28,105 nucleotides of DNA from Candidatus Auribacterota bacterium (GTDB taxonomy: Bacteria > Auribacterota > UBA6266): contig JAGLRQ010000114.1 of NCBI GenBank assembly GCA_023136205.1, positions 1 to 28,105 on the forward strand. Direction: 5' to 3'. A model generated the notes under the pieces. The model was not told the origin of the DNA, searched no databases, and saw only the letters and a list, made by a program, of their open reading frames with translations. Each line of letters starts with the position of its first letter. The first letter of the stretch is position 1. Made by a program: the position numbers and the translations under genes. Shown in pieces: positions 7,786 through 15,162 of the stretch.

Positions 7786-10290
7786 TCATGTCATATTATA
7801 TATCCGTATAAACTTATTCGATTCTTCAACGTCTATAAAAGGGTGAAAATGCTTAAGGCCCCTGCCTTTAAAAAAATAGAGGCGCGAAAATAAACTTTTA
7901 CCCAATTCTCTGTCCAAAAAAATCAGTTTATAAACACCATCCCCCTCTTCCGAAATTAAGGCCGAGTATATCACATTCGCGTTGTTATACGTTATTTCCT
8001 GAATATCATTATCTTCATCTTCAAAAATAAACAGGCTTCTTGGTATATGCCCGTTCTTTGAATAAACTGTTTTTTCTTTTGGGTTATAAATGTATCCGTT
8101 GGCAAAAAGAACCACTTCACCCTGTTCCTTGCCATTGACTAAAGGGCTGTAAAATTGGAGCCTGTTTGAAAGCCAATCATCCAAAGTATTTGGAGTAATC
8201 AAAAACGCCTCCTGGTGAAACTTCTGAATCAACCCCTTATCTCTCCCCAAGTCAACGAGGCGTTCTATAATTTTTTGTTCTTCCTTAATATCAAGGTTCT
8301 GAGCAATATACACTTTTGAGAAATCCCAATTCCCTAAATAGGAAATCGCCCCTATTTTCGGTACCATTGTATCATCCACGACAAAATAAGCGGGGGCAGG
8401 TGTAGAAAACAATAAATTAATTACTTTCTTCACGGCATATTGAGGCAAATAATTTTTTAATAATTCTCGAGCCCGTTCAGGATTTAATACCATTACTTTT
8501 TCTAATAACAAAACAGCTTCCAGGGGGTCCTGGATATGCTTATCCATAACCTCAAATGCCATGTTGCCGCCATTATTTAACATCCTTAGAATCGCGATTG
8601 CCTGGCCTTCATTATGGCTCAGTATGGCCTTTGCCATCCAATAAGCCTGAGGATGAACCTGGCTTTGCCCATCAAAAATTACTCTGCGCCTCGCAATTAC
8701 TTTAAACCAGTCACCAAAATCCCACCAGGAATTCAGGATCGCGTTTTGGGGTGTTTTCTCTTTAACAATATTGAGTACCCTATACCATGTGTCATTTATA
8801 AGAGGATAAATACCGGTAGCTGACCTGTGGCTAATTTTGAGATATAACGCGCCGGGAACAACTAATGTTATTGACAAAAGTAAAATGCCTGCCGTGTTCT
8901 TATTATTTTTTAATTTTTTATATATCTCGTCTATCAGCCATCCTGTACATATGCCAAGCGGCACAATTAAGAACATTACAAATCTTATACCCGTGAAACA
9001 CGCGAAAAGCATGGCCGCAAACCAGATATTTAATATAATTATCGCGGCATGTTTAGATTCCCGGTACGGGTTATACCAGATAGTTCTTATCAAAAGTAAA
9101 ATCATGCAAATAGCGGTAGAGGCAAATACCCATATCCCGCCAAGGGACCGCGATACGCTGGCGATATTGGCATTTCTTAGTTCTCCGACAGTATATAAAA
9201 CGTTGGGCCACACAGACGCGACCAGAGGTTTGGTCAAAAATATCGCTTTAAATGTTTCCGTACATAATACGCGAATCGGCTCTTTGCCTGAAATAATTAA
9301 AACCCAAAAAAGAGTGCCAATTAAAAAACAAATTAAAGAAATAACATGCTTTTTAGCCGGTTCTATCTTGTCTTTTCCCGAAAAGAAATAAATGAAAAAT
9401 AGAGAAATTAAATATATGATTTCGTACGCGATAAGGATAAAAAAGACAAACCACCAATGCGTCCAGTTAAAACAAAATAAACCGAGCCAGAATGAAGAAA
9501 AAATTATCCACAACAACCTTTTCTTCAAAGGCCGGTCTTTTTGGCCTTCGATATATGTCCATATCACTAATACGGGAAAAAGCAAATTTAGAATATCTTT
9601 GTCAAACCAGCCTACACAGCTCCGGTGCAAAAATGTTGGCGCTAAACCAATAAAGATACAACTGATAATAGCGCCGAGGTGACCACTATAGCGGTAAGAA
9701 AATAGATATGATATGACAATAAATATTGCTGTGAAGAATAAAGGCAGGTAAAACAGAAAATTATATAATTCTACTTGTCGAAACAATCTGAAGATTTTAT
9801 AGAGATAAGCTGAAGCATAATAAAGGAGCTGCTGCCATTGCAAATAATAGCCGTTTGGCGCCAGCATATAATAATCCCATTCCCTACCGGCAATTGTCTG
9901 GTCACCCGGGCTCCCCCGTTGAACAACATTTTCTACATATCTTGCCCAATGCCAGCAGTCTAACTCCATGATATAAGTCTGGCCCCGGTCATCCTGGAAC
10001 CTGTCTTTTAACTGCTGATATATTGCCTGTGTCTGGTTTTTTATCTCTTTTTTATTCAGGCTTATATATTGTTTAACTCTGGACTTTGCTATTCTATCTT
10101 TTGCCGTCGGATAAAAATGAGGGAATTTTTTCTGGATATCGCCCATAGCAATCTGACGTATCCTGTCATAGACTATATTTTTAGCTTGCTTCTTTAATTG
10201 CGGGAAATAGACTGGAAATAAACGCGGATAAAGGGTTAAAACTAAAACAATTCCTAAACATATGCCGAAAATGATCTTTCTTCTTTTCAT
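7786..10290 (-). CDS. STT3/PglB/AglB-family oligosaccharyltransferase
   Basis: 834 aa with about 13 TM segments plus a C-terminal periplasmic domain of about 330 aa. All hallmark motifs are readable. The EL1 acidic motif is IMELDCWHWAR (D111). The second is HRSCVGWFDKDIL (compare PglB RxxxGYYDTDML). The EL5 TIXE/SVSE-type motif is YTVGEL (residues 367-370). WWDFG occupies residues 522-526 (nt 8713..8727, verified on the reverse strand as tggtgggattttggt). A candidate MI/DK-region segment is DDTMVPKIGAISYLG. Confidence 0.85.
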   Translation of the reverse strand: MKRRKIIFGICLGIVLVLTLYPRLFPVYFPQLKKQAKNIVYDRIRQIAMGDIQKKFPHFYPTAKDRIAKSRVKQYISLNKKEIKNQTQAIYQQLKDRFQDDRGQTYIMELDCWHWARYVENVVQRGSPGDQTIAGREWDYYMLAPNGYYLQWQQLLYYASAYLYKIFRLFRQVELYNFLFYLPLFFTAIFIVISYLFSYRYSGHLGAIISCIFIGLAPTFLHRSCVGWFDKDILNLLFPVLVIWTYIEGQKDRPLKKRLLWIIFSSFWLGLFCFNWTHWWFVFFILIAYEIIYLISLFFIYFFSGKDKIEPAKKHVISLICFLIGTLFWVLIISGKEPIRVLCTETFKAIFLTKPLVASVWPNVLYTVGELRNANIASVSRSLGGIWVFASTAICMILLLIRTIWYNPYRESKHAAIIILNIWFAAMLFACFTGIRFVMFLIVPLGICTGWLIDEIYKKLKNNKNTAGILLLSITLVVPGALYLKISHRSATGIYPLINDTWYRVLNIVKEKTPQNAILNSWWDFGDWFKVIARRRVIFDGQSQVHPQAYWMAKAILSHNEGQAIAILRMLNNGGNMAFEVMDKHIQDPLEAVLLLEKVMVLNPERARELLKNYLPQYAVKKVINLLFSTPAPAYFVVDDTMVPKIGAISYLGNWDFSKVYIAQNLDIKEEQKIIERLVDLGRDKGLIQKFHQEAFLITPNTLDDWLSNRLQFYSPLVNGKEQGEVVLFANGYIYNPKEKTVYSKNGHIPRSLFIFEDEDNDIQEITYNNANVIYSALISEEGDGVYKLIFLDRELGKSLFSRLYFFKGRGLKHFHPFIDVEESNKFIRIYNMT

Positions 10291-10369
10291 AATTATCTGA
10301 TATTAACATAATTTATAAAATAGTGTAATGTTACAAATGCCATAGAGTAATGTAATGCTCCCCCATTAG

Positions 10370-12739
10370 TCAAGGGGAATCAGGTTGGCGGCATTCTTCA
10401 TTATACCGATTGAAATATTCTTCCGCTTTTTCCTCGTTTTCCTCAAGATTGCTTAATATTCCTAATTTTTTATACACATCAGCACTGCGCGTTGGTATCT
10501 TAAGGCAATTATTTAATGTATCACGAGATTCAGTATATTGCCCTCTATAATAATACACATCAGCTAATAGTTCCAATACTTTGGCCCCTAATGGCTCAAC
10601 AACCAGATCTTCGAAGCTCATGAGCTTTAAATATTCTTTCAATAGATTTTCAGTCTTCTCATATCGGCCAAGCTGAAAAAGGGCCTGGCTTAATACAAAG
10701 ACAGCTTCGCTCCCTTTGGGAACCTTTTTAACCACCGGCTCCAGAATATCAGCAGCCATAAATGCTTCTCCTCTCTTCAGTAGAACGGATGCCCGGTTTA
10801 CCTTTTGAGCGTAAGCAATAATTACCTCATCATAGTTTTTACGCGTATTCTTATAGAATCCTTTTTCCTTAGTATAAAGAATGGGATCATATATTGGCGA
10901 ATAAGGTATTTTTTTTATGGCCGAGTCCAATTTTTCACTAACTTCATAAACAATAAAGGCGCTGTTCCTGAATACGGGCGTAAAGTATTTAAGTTCCGGA
11001 CTACTGAAATGCAGGCGGGATGCCATTGCCTTTTCCGATATATCCGGTACAGCCGCGCCAAGGTATCTCATTGAATCATTACCATCGGTTATGAAAAAAC
11101 CCCAATCGTAAATCAAATATTTAGCCCCGTTTTTCTCGCAAAACTCAAACAAAGCCTCCTCATCCTCGCTATACATAGACGTTATCAGCTCCTCATATTT
11201 TTTTCTTATCGCGAGATTTTCGAACTTGGGATGCAGGACCTCAGGCCGGCCGGTGTTAATTAATACCATGGGGCTCAAGTGAATATGCGCTACAAAAGCG
11301 TCGTTGGGCCGGGTATTGGTATTTATCCAGTTGTAAAGCTCATTATAACTTGTCGGGGTAAAACGGCCTGCCTCTATCGGCCTTAAATTCAGGCCTAAAA
11401 CATTTAATATAACCAAAGAAGATAAACCGATTTTAAAATAATTTTTTTTATCGCCATAAATTATACATCCCCATAGCGCTACCGAAACAAAGGGAGCGGC
11501 AACTACCAATACGCGCTTCGCCATTATAGATAACAAAAATAGTATTATCGATACCGACGCGATAAAAGTACCGGAACCTGGTTTATGTCTTTCGTACCAC
11601 AAAATAAAAAATGACCCGATTATCCCCAGAGGAAAGACCAGTTTCCCAAGCCACCATAGTTCGGAAAGCGTCGGTGAATTGAACGCGGATTCCCATAATT
11701 GACGAGCATTAAAACTAAGGAGTAATGGATCATCCGGTTTTTCCAATAAGAATTTTAATTTTTCGAAGAACATGCCGAAAACATGCGAATAGGCCGGGTT
11801 ATAAAGGCCTGTCATATTTCTAGTCATCAGCAGAATAAAAAATACCAATGAGGCGAGCAGAAGCCGGTTCAGGGGGGTTTTTGTAATTTTTTTCAGGGGA
11901 TATGAGATAAGAAGGGAATACAGGCCGCACATCAATATGGATGTTACGAATACTCTCTCTCTCAATACAGGTATAGTAAAACCAGCCAGGAGCAATATGA
12001 GCAAAGCAGGGAAAAATTTTTTTAACAAGGTAGGCCTTGTCGCGTATATCAAAAAGAAAAAAGGCAGCATGCACATATAAATAAAATGATTAAGGTGCCA
12101 TGACGACACATTAAAGACAATCACAAGGCCCAGGAACACGCCTTTTAATGGATTTGGCTTACTGTCTAACTGTTTCAAAATTAATAGTACGCTGAACAAC
12201 AAAAAAAACAGAGTAAAGTCTTCACGCAGGAAAGAGCCTGACGCGATCCGAAGATAACTGACAGGTGTAGTAATATAATAAAGAGAGGCCGCGAGCGCGA
12301 CAAGGCTATTTTTAAATAACGTTTTAGTAATCAGAAACACCATTACGAGAGACAGGCTTGAGAAAAAACAGCTTAAATATATAAGAAAGAGATTAAAGGG
12401 TAATCCAAAACTGAATAGCCTATACAGGAAACCATAAAAAAATTCCATCATTATTGTGTAATATTTAAAAACATTGATAGTTTCCGGATGCTGTATTGAC
12501 TTATCATTTTTTAATAAAGGAAAGACGTTTTCCCCTTCTTCCGCTGCAAGTTCCGCGTAACGGTAATGGAAAGCCGCCTCGGCATAATATAAGGAACCCG
12601 GCGCTGAGGGATTAAAATGGCTGTTCTTTTTCACCTTGACAATTTTGTAAATGGAAGTACCAATGACAAGGATTCCAAGAATAAGGCATATGCTGATAAA
12701 CTTTATATTGAAACGCCTGGTATATGAATAATCTTGCAT
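10370..12739 (-). CDS. STT3-like GT-C paralog lacking the WWDXG motif, with C-terminal TPR repeats
   Basis: 789 aa and polytopic. It aligns by eye to the neighbouring OST. EL1 reads YYAEAAFHYRYAE (acidic residue plus HYR). The second motif is RIASGSFLREDF. The EL5 motif is PTLSEL. Where the OST has NAILNSWWDFGDW, this protein has NDAFVAHIHLSPM. The downstream periplasmic segment KYLIYDWGFFITDGNDSMRYLG aligns with AYFVVDDTMVPKIGAISYLG. Residues 640-789 carry TPR-like helical repeats (RGEAFMAADILEPVVKK..., QALFQLGRYEKTENLLKEYLKL, LADVYYYRGQYTESRDTLNNCLKI, KKLGILSNLEENEEKAEEYFNRY). Confidence 0.65.
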   Translation of the reverse strand: MQDYSYTRRFNIKFISICLILGILVIGTSIYKIVKVKKNSHFNPSAPGSLYYAEAAFHYRYAELAAEEGENVFPLLKNDKSIQHPETINVFKYYTIMMEFFYGFLYRLFSFGLPFNLFLIYLSCFFSSLSLVMVFLITKTLFKNSLVALAASLYYITTPVSYLRIASGSFLREDFTLFFLLFSVLLILKQLDSKPNPLKGVFLGLVIVFNVSSWHLNHFIYMCMLPFFFLIYATRPTLLKKFFPALLILLLAGFTIPVLRERVFVTSILMCGLYSLLISYPLKKITKTPLNRLLLASLVFFILLMTRNMTGLYNPAYSHVFGMFFEKLKFLLEKPDDPLLLSFNARQLWESAFNSPTLSELWWLGKLVFPLGIIGSFFILWYERHKPGSGTFIASVSIILFLLSIMAKRVLVVAAPFVSVALWGCIIYGDKKNYFKIGLSSLVILNVLGLNLRPIEAGRFTPTSYNELYNWINTNTRPNDAFVAHIHLSPMVLINTGRPEVLHPKFENLAIRKKYEELITSMYSEDEEALFEFCEKNGAKYLIYDWGFFITDGNDSMRYLGAAVPDISEKAMASRLHFSSPELKYFTPVFRNSAFIVYEVSEKLDSAIKKIPYSPIYDPILYTKEKGFYKNTRKNYDEVIIAYAQKVNRASVLLKRGEAFMAADILEPVVKKVPKGSEAVFVLSQALFQLGRYEKTENLLKEYLKLMSFEDLVVEPLGAKVLELLADVYYYRGQYTESRDTLNNCLKIPTRSADVYKKLGILSNLEENEEKAEEYFNRYNEECRQPDSP

Positions 12740-12740
12740 A

Positions 12741-14195
12741 TTATTTCGCGGAATATCTCAATATATGAAGCGCCCGTTTGGCAAGAAAAGGAAGGTCTTT
12801 CAGTTTGAAATATTTTCTTTTCAAGAGACACATCATTCTAAGAAATTCACCTTTTAATTTTATTATGTTTCTGTCCGTTTTGCTAACACCGGGCAAATCC
12901 ATTATAAATAAGCCTTCTTTTTGCCAACTTTCCCAACTATCCCGAAATGCCGGGTTCAACAAATTATGTTTACAAGCAATATCGTATAGTTCGCTGCCCG
13001 GATATGGTGTTGCTATTGACCAGCTGATATAATCAGCAAGATTATTTTTAACCAGTTTCCACGCGAAATCCAGTGTATTTTTGGTCATTTTTACATCTTC
13101 ATAGCACAATTTCCCGTTTTCTTCCCATACATTAAAAAGCATAAAAAGCGCCATAACTTTTATATTATATTTTTTCAAGAGTTTACAAGTCAGCTCCACG
13201 TCCTTTAAATCTATCTTCTTTTTTATGCCATTTAGTGTTTCCTGATTGCCGCTTTCAACTCCGAGGTGCACATACCAGCAGCCTGACGCGGCCAATTCTT
13301 TCGCAAGTTCTTCTGTAAACGGGCTAACCCGTAATTGTGTCTTCCAGGTTATACCCAAATTTCTTTTTTTAATTTCACGGCAAACAGCTAAAGAATGTTC
13401 TAAATTGCAGTTAAATTCATCGGAGTTATCAAATATCTCTTTCACAGAAAAACTATTCTTTAGATACTCCATTTCATCAACTATATTCTGTGGGCTGCGG
13501 AAACGAACAACCGGCTGTGATGATTTCCATACACGGTTGGAACAGAATGTGCAGTTGTACGGGCACCCCCGGGAAAAAAACATAGTTGCCTCCGGGCTCT
13601 GTTTTGACATATACCACCCCTTATATTCCGCAATGTCAATCAAGTCCCAGGCAGGGAAGGGAATCTTGTCTAAAGGAGTTATGAATTTAGACGGCGCATT
13701 TTGGCGTACTTTACCATCAATCTTAATACATATTCCCGGAAGATTCGCGAACTCAGACAAATTCTTATCCTGGGATATTAGTCTTACAATCCGACTGAAT
13801 GTCTTTTCGCCTTCACCTATTATTACTATATCCGCTCCGCTGGCCTTAAGTGTATCCTCCGGCAGGGTAGTAGCATGAGCGCCGCCCATCACCACTATTG
13901 AGGAGGGTAGTATTTTTTTTACCTCTTGAGCTAACTTTGACGCGCCGTAGGCCAGGGTAGTATAGAAAGAAATCCCGACTATGTCCGGCTTGAATTTTTT
14001 TATTTCTTGAAGCGTACTTTTATATCCTATTTTACAGCCGTCAGTTATCTTGATTTCTACATTCGCCATTCTGGAACGAAGATATGAGGAAAGATAAAGT
14101 ATGCCCATAGGCGGCCACATATTTTCGCCCAAGACCTCATACGGCGAGTAAAGAAGAGAAGGAGCGAAGACTAAATGGACTTTTTTTTCATTCAT
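12741..14195 (-). CDS. B12-binding-domain radical SAM enzyme (class B rSAM)
   Basis: 484 aa. The N-terminal Rossmann-like cobalamin-binding region reads VHLVFAPS...PPMGILYLSSYL...PDIVGISFYT...IVVMGGAHAT. This is followed by the radical SAM CX3CX2C motif in FFSRGCPYNCTFCSN. Its stop codon (12741..12743) lies 1 nt from the ATG of the next gene (12739). Confidence 0.85.
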   Translation of the reverse strand: MNEKKVHLVFAPSLLYSPYEVLGENMWPPMGILYLSSYLRSRMANVEIKITDGCKIGYKSTLQEIKKFKPDIVGISFYTTLAYGASKLAQEVKKILPSSIVVMGGAHATTLPEDTLKASGADIVIIGEGEKTFSRIVRLISQDKNLSEFANLPGICIKIDGKVRQNAPSKFITPLDKIPFPAWDLIDIAEYKGWYMSKQSPEATMFFSRGCPYNCTFCSNRVWKSSQPVVRFRSPQNIVDEMEYLKNSFSVKEIFDNSDEFNCNLEHSLAVCREIKKRNLGITWKTQLRVSPFTEELAKELAASGCWYVHLGVESGNQETLNGIKKKIDLKDVELTCKLLKKYNIKVMALFMLFNVWEENGKLCYEDVKMTKNTLDFAWKLVKNNLADYISWSIATPYPGSELYDIACKHNLLNPAFRDSWESWQKEGLFIMDLPGVSKTDRNIIKLKGEFLRMMCLLKRKYFKLKDLPFLAKRALHILRYSAK

Positions 14196-14203
14196 TATTT
14201 GTG

Positions 14204-14232
14204 ATCATAACAAAAACAAAATATACCCGCAA
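14204..14232 (-). promoter_or_regulatory. Weak candidate sigma-70-type promoter for the glycosylation block
   Basis: On the minus strand: TTGCGG (14232..14227), a 17-nt spacer, then TATGAT (14209..14204). It sits only 8 nt upstream of the ATG at 14195, which would give a near-leaderless transcript. The -35 is poor and I found no ECF-type GAAC...CGT motif. This is speculative. Confidence 0.2.
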
Positions 14233-14306
14233 CGTATTTCAATATATGTGTTGTAAGCTAATTCCACCCGCTACTCCCCATTTTCAAAACAAGGTTCGGG
14301 TAACCC

Positions 14307-15071
14307 CTAATTTTCTGCTATAGCCAACTTGGACATTACGACAAGCTCCAGATATAAAAGATCAAAAGGTTTCAAAACATAACCGTAAGCGCCCATCTCT
14401 ATCGCTTTTTTGATATTTTCATTATCTTGTCTCCCTGTAACTATCACAATGCCGAGTTTAGGGTTGATCTCCAATAGCTTTTGCATAGTAACGAGGCCGT
14501 TCATTCCCGGCATATTGATATCAAGCAAAGCAACCGAGAATTCCTTAGAACGGGCAATTTCAAGCGCTCTTTCACCATTTTCAGCCTCCTCCACATTCGC
14601 ATACCCCTTTTTTTTAAAGAAGAGGCTTAGGACGCGGCGAATTTCCGGCTCGTCATCGACAATAAGGATTGACTTCTCTTTTCTTTTAGACAAACCCTGA
14701 GAAACACGAGCACTACCCTTAATAAACTTGCTTATTTGCTCTACAAGCTGCATGATCTCTGTATCTTTGCTTAAGACTTCGTTAGCTCCGGCTATTCGAG
14801 CTTCCTTTTCAAGCTCAGGCGTAATAACACCTGAATAGATCACCACGGGGATCTTCTTCTGCAGTTCTCTGATTTTTTTTAAAACAGAAATCCCTGACTC
14901 TCCGGTTAATCTAATATCCAAAAGGACAAGGCCAAAAGATTCTTGAGTAATACAAGCCAATGCCTGCTCCGCGTTTGGAACAGTAACAACATGGTATCCT
15001 TTCTTAACCAGGGCTTTATGTAAAAGTTCCCTAATCCTCACTTCATCATCTACAACCAATATCTTTATCAT
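14307..15071 (-). CDS. Tandem receiver (REC-REC) response regulator without an output domain
   Basis: 254 aa. REC1 reads ILVVDDEVRIRELL...LVLLDIRLTGESG...PVVIYSG. REC2 reads ILIVDDEPEIRRVL...VALLDINMPGMNG...IVIVTGRQD...AYGYVLKPF. A strong SD (AAGAGGAG) lies upstream. Confidence 0.85.
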   Translation of the reverse strand: MIKILVVDDEVRIRELLHKALVKKGYHVVTVPNAEQALACITQESFGLVLLDIRLTGESGISVLKKIRELQKKIPVVIYSGVITPELEKEARIAGANEVLSKDTEIMQLVEQISKFIKGSARVSQGLSKRKEKSILIVDDEPEIRRVLSLFFKKKGYANVEEAENGERALEIARSKEFSVALLDINMPGMNGLVTMQKLLEINPKLGIVIVTGRQDNENIKKAIEMGAYGYVLKPFDLLYLELVVMSKLAIAEN

Positions 15072-15162
15072 AAGACAATGCTCCTCTTTTATGGGCAGGC
15101 TGTCTCAGCAGATCCGCGAATACATTTACCACATCAACCCTTGATTTTTGCTATAAAGTGGT

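Noticed and set aside
13246-13878. 210-aa plus-strand ORF antisense to the B12-radical SAM gene. Similar long antisense ORFs lie at 8837..9391, 9392..9682, 3528..3908, 4509..4859, 17394..17855, 26398..26958 and 27001..27558.
   Set aside because: Each lies entirely inside a minus-strand gene with strong family motifs. Their translations are low-complexity and Ser/Leu/Ile/Phe-rich with no recognisable motifs. There is no SD or promoter context. They are the typical shadow ORFs of AT-rich coding DNA.
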